The position numbers and the translations under genes are program-made. Shown one piece after another: positions 18,431-28,253 of a DNA stretch of 64,000 nucleotides (positions within the stretch are counted from its first letter, which is position 1; every line of letters begins with the position of its first letter). The notes beneath the pieces are model-generated. The model searched no databases and was not told the DNA's origin. It worked only from the letters and a program-made list of their open reading frames with translations. The stretch is from Chloroflexota bacterium. GTDB taxonomy: Bacteria; Chloroflexota; Anaerolineae; Promineifilales; Promineifilaceae. The stretch spans positions 36,288-100,287 of the forward strand of contig JAHDEN010000001.1 in assembly GCA_020628815.1 (NCBI GenBank). Reading direction: 5' to 3'.

Positions 18431-21400
18431 ATGTCAAAAACGATGATCAAATTCATTTTATGGATGTTGCTCATCACCATTTTTGGTGGTGCCTTTTTGG
18501 GTTCCATTTATGGGATTGGGGCCCTCATCACCTACTTTAATACGGGGGCTGACCCGGCCGCCGCACTGAACATTCACCCCAATGTGCCGCTCGATTGGCC
18601 CGTAAACGTAGAATGGCTGCCGGACGATGCGGACACCGGCCGAGAGCTAGAACCCTTCATACGAGAAAATATCGAAGCCGCCTATATTCGCGCCTGGCTA
18701 CAGCAGGGATTTTCGTACACAAAAGGTGAGCCTCACGGCTTAAAAACATATTTTACCGGCCCCGCTTTGGCGATGGTTGAGGACAACATCAATCATGTAG
18801 CGGAGCAAGATCTGCTGCTGCAACAGGTTGCCACCGATCACTTGCTCCAGCTCCATTTTTACAGTGCGGATGGGACGATTGCGGTGTTTACAGATCGCCA
18901 AGCCCGGGTCGCCCAACATATTAAAGATGGCGCGGGTCAAGAGGTGATGGCTGAAGAAGATTTGGCCGCTTATCAAGTGGTCATGATGGTTGACGAGGGA
19001 AATTGGAAAGTGCGCCACTGGTTACGGCGTGACTTGCAGGATTTTGGAGCTGAGCGGCCGGTTGATGCTGAATCCACCCCTCCGGCCGATGAGCTGGTGC
19101 GGATCGAAAATGGACAGCTAATGTTGGGCGCTGAGCCATATGAAATTCGTGGCTTCAACTATTATCCGCAAGACAATACCTGGACCGACATGTGGACCAA
19201 CTATGAAGGGGATACGATCAGCAATGACATGGCCCTTATCTCTGGAATGGGGATGAACACCATCCGCATTTTTGTTCCATACGAGCAGTTTGGTATCGAC
19301 GAGCCGGTTGATAATGCTCCCGATCAGGTGCAGCGGTTGCGCGATATTTTGAACGAGGCATGGCGTCATGATTTGCGCGTTATCGTCACGCTGTATGACT
19401 TCAAATCTGACTATAACTTGCTAACTTGGCCCAAAGCGGACCGCCATATGGAGGAGCTACTCACAACGTTTAATCGGCATCCGGCCATTTTAGCGTGGGA
19501 CATTAAAAACGAACCTGATTTAGATTATGAGGCGGCCGGGGAAGAGTTAGTCAATATTTGGCTCAAGCATGCGGTTGACCAAGCCCGCATCTACGATCCG
19601 CATCATCTTATAACGATTGGATGGGCCCACGCTGAAAATGCGGACGAGATGGCGCAGATGGTCGATTTTGTATCGTTCCATTTTTACGCCCCGACATCTG
19701 AATTTATCGATACGGTTACCCGCTTAAAAATTAAAGTTGGAGCCGAAAAACCGATTTTGCTGGGGGAATTCGGACTGCCAACGTGGAACAGCCGCCTTTT
19801 CCCAAACGGGCACAGCGAAGAAGAACAATACAACTATCTGCGAGAGCTTTTGGAGCTGAAGGAGTCTGGCCCCACGGCCGGTTATTTGGCCTGGACGCTG
19901 TATGACTTTACCGATGTGCCAGCGCAGGTTGCGGGTCGCTTGCCGTGGAAACGGAGTCCGCAAAGGCAAATGGGGCTTATCCGACCGGACGGCACGCAAA
20001 AACCGGCGGCCGATCTTTTCAAACTCCCCCTGCCAGACAACCTGCTTTCTACCCCGCTTGAAGAGCCGGGTGGATTAAAGCCGTTTTACCAAACAGTGCT
20101 AATTGGGCTATTTATTATTGCCCTCATCGGAATTTATACTATAAGAAGAATTTGGCTTTATTTAGTCGATCGTTTTGGAGAGGAAATCGAAGTTGGGGAT
20201 GATGCCGATGCCCAAGAACCAGCTTCTGTTACAGAAGGCTCAATCGCATCTGGCCGCAAAATGCTCACCAAACTACGGCGATTGTGGCGAGCGCGCCGAC
20301 TTATCCGCTGGCGTAAACGGCGAGACCGGCGATATGCAAAATGGGATAGGCGCAAAGCCAGGCGAACACAACGGCGACACAGACGCAAAGGCAGACGACT
20401 GAAACTGGCCAACGTGGTGCGCATTCTCATCGGCCGGCCGGTCAAAGTAGACAACAGCATCGAAGCATATCTACACCACCCGTCAGCACCATCGGCCAAA
20501 AGCCAGACCGAGCTAGATCAGCTCCACAGTCAAGGATCAGAAACAATGGACAACAACGAATTTAAACCACTCATTGAAATTCCAGAAGGGGTCAAAGAAC
20601 TGCAACAAAAGTTGAATGACGGGGATATGACACCGCTGAGTGGTGAAAGCCATGCTCAAACAGACGAGAAACGGCTAAAAACCAAAGCTGAATTGATTCG
20701 CGAGCTGTTGGCCCCATCAAAACCCAAAAATGCTGAAGTGGATGATGAAGGGCTGACCCCAGAAGACGTTGTTGAATCCACATCAGACACATCTGCTCCG
20801 GCCGAAGAGGCTCTTGATTCGGCAGAGGCTGAAACGGTAGTTTCAATGAAAGTGCCATCTGAAGAAGAAGTTGAAGCGCTGAAAGCCGCAATCGACGAGG
20901 AACAGAGTGCAGATCAATCAGACCCTGAATCTAAAGAAAGCGAGGCAGCTTCGGCCGGTCAAGTCCAAGTTATTCGGGACGAGCTAAAACCGATCAAAAC
21001 CAATATCACCCTTGAAACGGTAACGCCAGACACCACAGAAATTTTCGATTTGGGACAGTATGACTTTGACCCATCTGAGTCACCCGTGCAGTTGGTGTAT
21101 GAAGGGGGTGAGGGTGAAGCCAAAGAGATCACGTTAGACAATTTGGATCCCGATACAACCGACATCTATTACTTGGGTAAAAACGCGGTTGAGCAGGTAA
21201 ATCTCGTCAAAGACCCGGTAGAACCGGTTGAAACAAATGAAACACACGGAGAGGGAGAGATAAAAACGTCAGCTGCACATTATGAAAATGCGCAAGCGTT
21301 GATCGATGGTGCAGATTACTCAACCGGAAACCCTGTGATCCATATCGATTTAAGCGCAGGCCCGGCCGATTTTGCAGGTGCAGAACCAGAAGTAAGCGAA

Positions 21401-21958
21401 ACGGCCGAAGAAAACGCTCCCGCCCAGCCGGGAGATGGGTTCGCGATAGACCATCTGGCGGTTCCGGCCGAAGAGAATGAATTCTCTCAAGAAAATCAAA
21501 CCGCTTGGCCCGCTGTCTCGCCCGATGAGCAACCGGAAGCAAAAATTGTTGAGGCGGTTCAGCCTGCTGAAAACACAGCAGAAAAAGAAGAAAAAGCGCC
21601 TGTTGAGCCAGAAGCAGCTGATGATTCTGCGAAAGCTACAGATCCAGAATCTACGCCAGCCCCTCAGCCAAGCAAAGAGCCAGATCCGATTGCACCGGAT
21701 ATGACCCCCTTAGCAGAGAGTGAAAAAGTGATTGTTGAAATCGATGAGCTTGAGTCAGATGATAAAAAGAACGAATCGAATGAGACGGCCGAAAAAGCGG
21801 AAAAAGCTCCTGCTGAGCCCGACCCCAAAGAGCTTGAGCCAGAAGCAGAATCGGCAGAAGCCGCGCCCAAAGAAGTTGCGCAGCCACCAAGCGAGCCTGA
21901 AGAACAAGGTGGGCTATCCAAAGAAGATATTGAGCGATTCTTTACTTGGGAAGATTAG
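18431..21958 (+). CDS. Membrane-anchored clan GH-A (GH5-like) glycoside hydrolase with a second TM helix, an Arg/Lys-rich segment and a ~500 aa acidic Glu/Pro-rich tail
   Basis: N-terminal TM helix. TIM-barrel motifs IRGFNYYP, NTIRIF, WDIKNEPD (acid/base Glu) and LLGEFGLP (nucleophile Glu). TM helix FYQTVLIGLFIIALIGIYTI. RRLWRARRLIRWRKRRDRRYAKWDRRKARRTQRRHRRKGRR at ~20261-20410, followed by low-complexity E/P/A/K-rich sequence to the stop. Confidence 0.8.
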   Translation: MSKTMIKFILWMLLITIFGGAFLGSIYGIGALITYFNTGADPAAALNIHPNVPLDWPVNVEWLPDDADTGRELEPFIRENIEAAYIRAWLQQGFSYTKGEPHGLKTYFTGPALAMVEDNINHVAEQDLLLQQVATDHLLQLHFYSADGTIAVFTDRQARVAQHIKDGAGQEVMAEEDLAAYQVVMMVDEGNWKVRHWLRRDLQDFGAERPVDAESTPPADELVRIENGQLMLGAEPYEIRGFNYYPQDNTWTDMWTNYEGDTISNDMALISGMGMNTIRIFVPYEQFGIDEPVDNAPDQVQRLRDILNEAWRHDLRVIVTLYDFKSDYNLLTWPKADRHMEELLTTFNRHPAILAWDIKNEPDLDYEAAGEELVNIWLKHAVDQARIYDPHHLITIGWAHAENADEMAQMVDFVSFHFYAPTSEFIDTVTRLKIKVGAEKPILLGEFGLPTWNSRLFPNGHSEEEQYNYLRELLELKESGPTAGYLAWTLYDFTDVPAQVAGRLPWKRSPQRQMGLIRPDGTQKPAADLFKLPLPDNLLSTPLEEPGGLKPFYQTVLIGLFIIALIGIYTIRRIWLYLVDRFGEEIEVGDDADAQEPASVTEGSIASGRKMLTKLRRLWRARRLIRWRKRRDRRYAKWDRRKARRTQRRHRRKGRRLKLANVVRILIGRPVKVDNSIEAYLHHPSAPSAKSQTELDQLHSQGSETMDNNEFKPLIEIPEGVKELQQKLNDGDMTPLSGESHAQTDEKRLKTKAELIRELLAPSKPKNAEVDDEGLTPEDVVESTSDTSAPAEEALDSAEAETVVSMKVPSEEEVEALKAAIDEEQSADQSDPESKESEAASAGQVQVIRDELKPIKTNITLETVTPDTTEIFDLGQYDFDPSESPVQLVYEGGEGEAKEITLDNLDPDTTDIYYLGKNAVEQVNLVKDPVEPVETNETHGEGEIKTSAAHYENAQALIDGADYSTGNPVIHIDLSAGPADFAGAEPEVSETAEENAPAQPGDGFAIDHLAVPAEENEFSQENQTAWPAVSPDEQPEAKIVEAVQPAENTAEKEEKAPVEPEAADDSAKATDPESTPAPQPSKEPDPIAPDMTPLAESEKVIVEIDELESDDKKNESNETAEKAEKAPAEPDPKELEPEAESAEAAPKEVAQPPSEPEEQGGLSKEDIERFFTWED

Positions 21959-21973
21959 CCAAAGGCTTGAGAT

Positions 21974-22603
21974 TCAAATCTTGTTTCCTAGTTCTGAGCG
22001 CAGCTTAGACTGCACCTCTTCAATCGAAACAGACGCGTCGATCTCGCACCACCGGCCGGGGTCAGCCGCAATCATCGCCCGATACCCCTGCTCCACCCGA
22101 TCATAAAACGCCTTTTTTTGCAGATCCATCCGGTTCATTTCCAGATTGCCTACCTCTCGCCTGCGCAGCCCTTCCTCCACATCAACATACAGAAAGAACG
22201 ATAAATCCGGTTTAAGTCCCCCCGTTGCAAAGCGGGTGATCATTTGCAGATCATCCATGTTTAGCCCCCGGCCGTATCCCTGATACGCATAGGTGCTATC
22301 GGTGTATCGATCACACAGCACAATGGTTCCCTCAGCCAGTGCCGGCCGGATGAGCTCTTCGACATGTTGCGCACGGTCGGCCGAGTAGAGCAAAATTTCG
22401 GCCGTGCTCGTCATCGCCTTGTTGTTGACATCGTGCAGCACATGGCGGATTTGGGTCCCGATATCGGTCCCACCCGGCTGGCGAGTCACAATCACCGTTT
22501 TCCCCTGTGACTCTAAGTATTCGGCCAATAATTTAATTTGGGTCGTTTTACCGCTCCCTTCGCTTCCTTCAAACGTGATAAACATATTTTGTATTTTACC
22601 CAA
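21974..22603 (-). CDS. tmk: Thymidylate (dTMP) kinase
   Basis: P-loop FEGSEGSGKTTQ, the DRY motif region (LCDRYTDSTYAYQG) and a length of 209 aa. Ends in TGA. Confidence 0.9.
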   Translation of the reverse strand: MGKIQNMFITFEGSEGSGKTTQIKLLAEYLESQGKTVIVTRQPGGTDIGTQIRHVLHDVNNKAMTSTAEILLYSADRAQHVEELIRPALAEGTIVLCDRYTDSTYAYQGYGRGLNMDDLQMITRFATGGLKPDLSFFLYVDVEEGLRRREVGNLEMNRMDLQKKAFYDRVEQGYRAMIAADPGRWCEIDASVSIEEVQSKLRSELGNKI

Positions 22604-22706
22604 TCAATTTCGGATTTACGATTTTGGATAACGATCAAATTAGCATCTGCACCTTTCTGGGAACCGGAGGTAAAATTTTCTACATACCGATCAATACACT
22701 CAAGGA

Positions 22707-25034
22707 TTGAACACCCAGATGGAAACCTCTTTTTTACCCCGCAACTCACTCTTTACCACCTGCCTGCTCTCCATCTTTTTATGGGTTGGGTGCGGAAACT
22801 CAGACCCCATCCCCCCACCCCCTGAACCAACGGCCGCACCAACAGAAACGGCTGTACCAACTCCAACGGCCGAGCCTGATCCCTTTGCCATCAGCAATTT
22901 GGCCGGAACCGAATTGGTCTTCCCCACCTCGCTACAGTTTGGCCCCGACGGCCGTCTGTATGTCGCACAACGCAACGGGCAAATCAAGGCTTACACCGTG
23001 GTGCGCAACGGGGCAAACAACTATTCAGTCACCCAAACCGAGACCATCGATCTGATCCGCACCATCCAAAATCACAACGACGACGGCTCACCCCACATCG
23101 GCCGGGATCGTCAACTAACCGGTCTTTACATATTAGGCACGGCCGAAAATCCCCGCCTTTACGTCACGTCTAGCGACTATCGAGAAGGGGGTGGCATCGA
23201 AGGCCAAGACTACGGGCTAGACACAAATTCCGGCGTGATCAGCCTGCTCTCTTGTGTGGATGGGGTGACCCGCGCCAACGGGTGTGAGGGGTGGGAAAAA
23301 GTTGACCTTGTGCGCGGCCTGCCCCGTTCTGAGCAAAATCATTCAACCAACGGAATATTGGTACTCCCAGAGCAAAACGTGATCTATGTGGCTCAGGGTG
23401 GTTTTACCGATACCGGTGCCCCATCCCGCTCGTTGGGCTTCACGGCCGAAACCGCGCTCTCGGCCGCGATCCTCAAAATCGACCTGGACTTGATCATGAG
23501 CCTGCCCACCCAAACCGACCCGTGGGGACAAGCGTACAAATACAATTTGCCCACGCTCAACACCGTTTTATCGCCAAATGGGCCGCACGATTTTGGTGAT
23601 CCTTGGGGTGGCAATGATGGGTTGAATCAGGCTGTCATAGTCGAAAATGGCCCGGTTCAGCTCTTTGCCAGCGGCTTTAGAAACCCATTTGACCTGCTAC
23701 TCACCTCGGCCGGACATTTGCTTACCGTAGACAACGGCTCAAATTTTGATTGGGGCGGCTATCCCGAATATGAAGAAAGCTATGGGTGTACCAATAACGT
23801 TCTGGATGGAGATCCTGGCTCAACAACACCAGGGCCAAATCCGGCCGATTACCCATCCAGCATAAAGCTGCACGATGGGCAAAACGGGACCAGTGTTAGC
23901 GACCGGCAGCCGGATAAACCGGCCGAAAATATCGCGGGGCTGCACCTGATCACAGAAGGGTATTACGCCGGACACGCCAACCCGACCCGAGGCAATCCGG
24001 CCGGAGCTGGCATCTATCTGCACGACAACACCACCGATGTGGGTGAATGGCTGGGGCCAGATGATCGGCGCCTGCCTGAAGCATGGCCTCCGGTTCCGGC
24101 TGATCGCGCCAATCCGGTTGAATGTGATTTTCAAGGTCCGATTGTGGATGATTCCGCAATCGCAAATTTAGGCCCTTCGACCAACGGATTGACCGAATAC
24201 ACCGCATCCAACCTAAATGGCGCCCTGCAAGGGGTGATTTTGGGGCCGTCATACACCAACGATATTTTTCAGGTTCGCCTGACCAAAGATGGTAAGGTGG
24301 CGACCAATTGCCCCACTGACCTAATGGAACCCTGCTTAGATCCGTTTGCCAGCGGCTTTGGATCGGTCCCGCTTGATATCCGTGCGATTGGGGATAGCGG
24401 CGTTTTCCCCGGCACGGTGTGGGTCACAAATCATCTGTCTGGGGTGATTAATATTTTCGAGCCACGAGATTACACGGCCGATCAACCGGTTCAACTCCCG
24501 GCCGGTACACCTGCCCCCGAACCTGAACCCGAAGAACGACCTTTTGTCTATGTGGAAGGGGAGTTGGTTGCCTGTGTCAACATCGGTGGCCCCGAAATAG
24601 TTGGGCAAGATGGGCGCACCTTCATGGCCGAGGATGCCAATCCCGCTTGGATACGGGACGGTAAACAATCAGAAACAATTACAGATATAGCAAATACAGA
24701 AGATGATGCGCTTTTCCAGACAGACCGCTGGGGGCCAATGGAGCTTTTTATTCCTGTACCTGAGCCAGGCGTTTATATTGTGGAGCTGTTCTTTGCAGAG
24801 ATTTTTTACGGGGTGAACACCGATTCGGCCGAAGACCAGCGGGTGTTTAACGCAAACATAGAAGGGTTCCCTGCGCTGCGCGATTATGATATCAATCAAG
24901 CGGCCGGTGGCCCCGCAATCGCGATTGTGGAGGCGTTTGAAACAACCACGTTTGATACAAACGTAAACATAAGCTTGCTAAAAGGACCGGCCGATAATCC
25001 CAAGCTTTCGGCCGTTTGCGTGACCCAACCTTAA
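22707..25034 (+). CDS. Lipoprotein: soluble glucose/sorbosone-dehydrogenase-like beta-propeller fused to a C-terminal malectin-like carbohydrate-binding domain
   Basis: Lipobox (FLWVGC). 'LQFGPDGRLYVAQRNGQIKAY' and 'GFRNPFDL' are typical of SGDH-type propellers. The C-terminal 'VELFFAEIFYGVNTDSAEDQRVFNANIEG' is typical of malectin domains. Confidence 0.75.
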   Translation: MNTQMETSFLPRNSLFTTCLLSIFLWVGCGNSDPIPPPPEPTAAPTETAVPTPTAEPDPFAISNLAGTELVFPTSLQFGPDGRLYVAQRNGQIKAYTVVRNGANNYSVTQTETIDLIRTIQNHNDDGSPHIGRDRQLTGLYILGTAENPRLYVTSSDYREGGGIEGQDYGLDTNSGVISLLSCVDGVTRANGCEGWEKVDLVRGLPRSEQNHSTNGILVLPEQNVIYVAQGGFTDTGAPSRSLGFTAETALSAAILKIDLDLIMSLPTQTDPWGQAYKYNLPTLNTVLSPNGPHDFGDPWGGNDGLNQAVIVENGPVQLFASGFRNPFDLLLTSAGHLLTVDNGSNFDWGGYPEYEESYGCTNNVLDGDPGSTTPGPNPADYPSSIKLHDGQNGTSVSDRQPDKPAENIAGLHLITEGYYAGHANPTRGNPAGAGIYLHDNTTDVGEWLGPDDRRLPEAWPPVPADRANPVECDFQGPIVDDSAIANLGPSTNGLTEYTASNLNGALQGVILGPSYTNDIFQVRLTKDGKVATNCPTDLMEPCLDPFASGFGSVPLDIRAIGDSGVFPGTVWVTNHLSGVINIFEPRDYTADQPVQLPAGTPAPEPEPEERPFVYVEGELVACVNIGGPEIVGQDGRTFMAEDANPAWIRDGKQSETITDIANTEDDALFQTDRWGPMELFIPVPEPGVYIVELFFAEIFYGVNTDSAEDQRVFNANIEGFPALRDYDINQAAGGPAIAIVEAFETTTFDTNVNISLLKGPADNPKLSAVCVTQP

Positions 25035-25190
25035 GCCATTTGCGAGCTGCGTAACTTTAGCGTTACAGTAGTGACTATACTTGTAGTGTTAAATGGGTTA
25101 CACCACAAGAAAGATCGTAAGGAATAATACTAACAGCCTATCGGAAAAGCAGACCTGTGTGGAAGAGGTCACAACCCATAACAAAAAGCT

Positions 25191-26363
25191 ATGAATCGAG
25201 CGGTACACTCTTGGATAAATGAACAGCGCCTACGGATTGTCAAAGATACTTTGCGCAAGCTGCCGTTTGATGTATCCAAAGATCTGATCCCCACCCTGCT
25301 CGAAACCCTGCAGCTTTGTTTCGACAAAGATGATTCGGAGCAAACCCAACATATCCAAGAATGGATGCAGCGCCATAAAGACGACCTTAATCGGCAAATC
25401 CATGAGTGGACCACCATCATAAGCACGCTAAAACAGCAAATCATCTCTTCGCTTAAAGACCATTTAGCGGCCGACATCGTCTTGTCAGAATTCCCCACCA
25501 TCGACCGGACGATGACGCTGGCTATGGGGCAAATCAGCCGGGTCGCAGACAATCGTTCACAAGCTGACATGCTGGATCAAATGATCATGCTCAAAGAGCA
25601 GCTGTCGATGCTCGAGAAGAATCGCAAACGCTTTATCCATTTGGCCGCTCATGAGCTTAAAACCCCGCTAACCCTGCTCGAAGGGTATTCGAAGATGTTC
25701 CACGATCATATAAAAGCGGATGATCTTCAGCTCAACATGTACTTGGGGGGTATCGAAAATGGGATTGATCGGCTGCGCGAAATTATTAACGACATGATTG
25801 ATGTGAGCCTGATCACATCGGGCAATTTCACAATTACCCGTCAGCCGGTTTCACTCGGATCGGTTCTGACAAAAGTCATCAATAATATTAATCGGGAATT
25901 TAAAGGGCGCAGTGTGCATGTAGAAGTTGCCCCTCTCGAGAAAAATCATGTGGTGATGGGTGATCCAGAGCGATTGGTTCAAGCGTTTTTCAAGCTGATC
26001 AGCAATGGGGTTAAGTACACGCCAGACGGCGGTACAGTCAAGATCGATCTGGTTCCGCTAACGCGCCGCAGCAATTCGGCCGGTAAACATGCCATGATCG
26101 ATGTCAGAATTGCAGATACCGGTGTGGGTATTTCCCATCAAGTCTTGCCAAAAGTTTTTGAGCCATTTACGGGGGACGGGGACATTAACCTACATTCAAC
26201 CAGCAAAACTAAATTTATGGGCGGTGGCCCGGGATTAGGTTTACCGATTGCAAAAGGGGTTATCGAAGCGCATGACGGAACGCTGTGGGTTGAAAGTGAT
26301 GGATATGACTATGTTGGCTGTCCCGGCAGCACGTTCCACGTTGAGCTCCCCATCGTTGAATAA
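25191..26363 (+). CDS. Cytoplasmic sensor histidine kinase
   Basis: H-box LAAHELKTPL, N-box ISNGVKYTP, G-boxes DTGVGI and GGGPGLGLPIAKG. No TM segment. Confidence 0.85.
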   Translation: MNRAVHSWINEQRLRIVKDTLRKLPFDVSKDLIPTLLETLQLCFDKDDSEQTQHIQEWMQRHKDDLNRQIHEWTTIISTLKQQIISSLKDHLAADIVLSEFPTIDRTMTLAMGQISRVADNRSQADMLDQMIMLKEQLSMLEKNRKRFIHLAAHELKTPLTLLEGYSKMFHDHIKADDLQLNMYLGGIENGIDRLREIINDMIDVSLITSGNFTITRQPVSLGSVLTKVINNINREFKGRSVHVEVAPLEKNHVVMGDPERLVQAFFKLISNGVKYTPDGGTVKIDLVPLTRRSNSAGKHAMIDVRIADTGVGISHQVLPKVFEPFTGDGDINLHSTSKTKFMGGGPGLGLPIAKGVIEAHDGTLWVESDGYDYVGCPGSTFHVELPIVE

Positions 26364-26400
26364 AGCCTGTCAGCTATTAGCGTAACGAAAGGCTCCCCTA

Positions 26401-26739
26401 CTAAAAGAATTCGTTCAAAAGAGGCATATATTTGTGGAGCAAATCTGTGTAGATCTCTTTGCGTGCCACTTCCTCAGCCTCTTTGATCACACAAATCGTA
26501 TTGACCTCATATTTATTAAACTGATAGCTCATTGGGTGGAATTTAAAGCTCCCTGCAATGTCATGTCCGCTGCCTACGAAAAATGGCTCATGGGTTACTT
26601 TCCCCTCAGCCTCAACTCGTTTCGTCACAATGTAAACTCCACCAATCCCAGCTTTAAAGGTGGTTTTAAACGGGAAAACGATGGTTTTGTATTCTTTGCC
26701 AGAATGTCCGACAAATATGGTTGACGTGTATTTTGCCAT
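26401..26739 (-). CDS. Small protein (112 aa), possibly a degenerate GIY-YIG-like fold
   Basis: AAGGA ribosome-binding site upstream of the ATG. Lies 35 nt downstream of the NurA-like gene. Motifs GGVYIV...FFVGSGHDI...H and E..YTDLLHKYMPLLN resemble GIY / YIG / E..P.lN elements, but the conserved Arg is not evident. Confidence 0.55.
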   Translation of the reverse strand: MAKYTSTIFVGHSGKEYKTIVFPFKTTFKAGIGGVYIVTKRVEAEGKVTHEPFFVGSGHDIAGSFKFHPMSYQFNKYEVNTICVIKEAEEVARKEIYTDLLHKYMPLLNEFF

Positions 26740-26774
26740 TGCTCAAACTAATCCTTGATGTCAATTTTAACGGT

Positions 26775-28007
26775 TTAAAGTTGATGCGGCCGTTGACCGC
26801 CACGCGCGATATCTTTTGTGAGCTGCTTGGCGGTTGATTCAGTTGCCACCCCAAACTGGTCCATCATCCGGCCGATTCTAAATTCTAGTTCGGCCTGATC
26901 TTGCTTACCCACAACCGCCATTTCGTCTGCACGGGTGAGCACATACGGATATCGGCCCAGAATTTTACACTGATCAACAATTAACTCATGAATCGTTTGC
27001 ACAGCTATTTCATCTTGTGCCACCCATAAAGGCAGATCAACCCGAGCGATATTGGGTGCATCTTCTCGGTCAGACGTATTCAGGTAGAAAAAGCATATCT
27101 CGTTGTCACGGCCGGCTTTTTTAAAACGGGTATTGGCGTGTGACACATCGGCAAAGACGATGCTGCGGGCACCCGGCCGCAATAAACGGCCAAATAGGTC
27201 AGCATCGGTTATCCCTTCCCAATGGCCCAAACTGTCCGGCTCATCGGCCGACCAAGCTGGGTGGATTTGGTGCAACATCACCATGACAGAGCTTTTTAGC
27301 GGCCGGTCGATATACCCCACCAATAACCCGCCAGAATCCTTGATCTTTTTCATCCCCGCCTGCCACTCTTTAATCACCTTCTCTTTAAACTGCGGGGCGA
27401 TTTCTCCAATGGGAACGTACAACAGCCGCTGATCCATAATCGATAAAAGCGGTCCGTCTCCATGCCGATTTTCAAACGTTTGCCGCGCCAATTCATTCAT
27501 TTCAGCCTGATCTCGTTCAATCGAGACACCGGTTGGGTTAAAGAATCGGGAGTCATCTAGCTCGTGTGATTTGGGAAAATGGAGTTCAGGGGTTGAGAAA
27601 ACTTGAGGCGCTACAGGGGTCCCATGCTGATAAACGATACCCCCCGTATTGATCAGATAATAAACGTATGGCGCATGTCGATCTGGCACAATCTGTGAGC
27701 CGTCTACTGAAATAACTGTCGCTTTGGTTGGTAGATGATCCCCATTAGCCTCAAGAACAGCGTCTAACGGGTTGGCCTGGGGTGCAAGCGGCCGGGCAGA
27801 ACCCCGATACGGCCGGTGATTGGTTGCCTGCAAAACATCTTGAACAATCCGCTGATAGGCATCTTCAAACGCATCCCACGCGGTTGCATTGTTGTGCAAA
27901 AACTCAACCGCTTCATCCAATAGCGTTTGACGTGTTTCAAAGCGACTACCGGCCGCGCGAGCCATCTGCTCAATATCGTTTGTGAGTTGTTGAAAATCCA
28001 GTGACAT
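26775..28007 (-). CDS. NurA-domain nuclease-like protein
   Basis: 'VISVDGSQI', 'GYIDRP' and 'YPYVLTRADEMA' match the NurA motif order (DGS ... D ... Y.L..AD). Length 410 aa. There is no HerA-like ATPase next to it. Confidence 0.6.
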   Translation of the reverse strand: MSLDFQQLTNDIEQMARAAGSRFETRQTLLDEAVEFLHNNATAWDAFEDAYQRIVQDVLQATNHRPYRGSARPLAPQANPLDAVLEANGDHLPTKATVISVDGSQIVPDRHAPYVYYLINTGGIVYQHGTPVAPQVFSTPELHFPKSHELDDSRFFNPTGVSIERDQAEMNELARQTFENRHGDGPLLSIMDQRLLYVPIGEIAPQFKEKVIKEWQAGMKKIKDSGGLLVGYIDRPLKSSVMVMLHQIHPAWSADEPDSLGHWEGITDADLFGRLLRPGARSIVFADVSHANTRFKKAGRDNEICFFYLNTSDREDAPNIARVDLPLWVAQDEIAVQTIHELIVDQCKILGRYPYVLTRADEMAVVGKQDQAELEFRIGRMMDQFGVATESTAKQLTKDIARGGQRPHQL

Positions 28008-28253
28008 AGTTGTGATCGACTGTTAGGGTGATGTTTTTATGAAATGCGATTGTAGCACGAATGATCTATTTCTTCGACGAGATTAGACCTCAATCAGGTA
28101 TACGCAAGAATTGGTTGCCCGTTTCAGATTGATGTTGATAATCTTTGAAAAGAATTTATTCAGTAGATGCCAAAATATACAGTTAAATGCGTGCTGAATA
28201 ACTCTAAAATAAATATACCCCCACGCCTTTGTGGTTGAAATCAGGAGAAAACA

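Noticed and set aside
20158-20499. 113-aa Arg-rich minus-strand ORF
   Set aside because: It is antisense to the Arg/Lys-rich block of the GH5-like gene. The compositional mirror of a biased region produces an open frame.
26401-28007. A canonical HerA-NurA repair operon
   Set aside because: No P-loop/FtsK-like HerA ATPase is encoded adjacent to the NurA-like gene, or anywhere else in the window. The pair is therefore reported only as a NurA-like gene plus a small partner.
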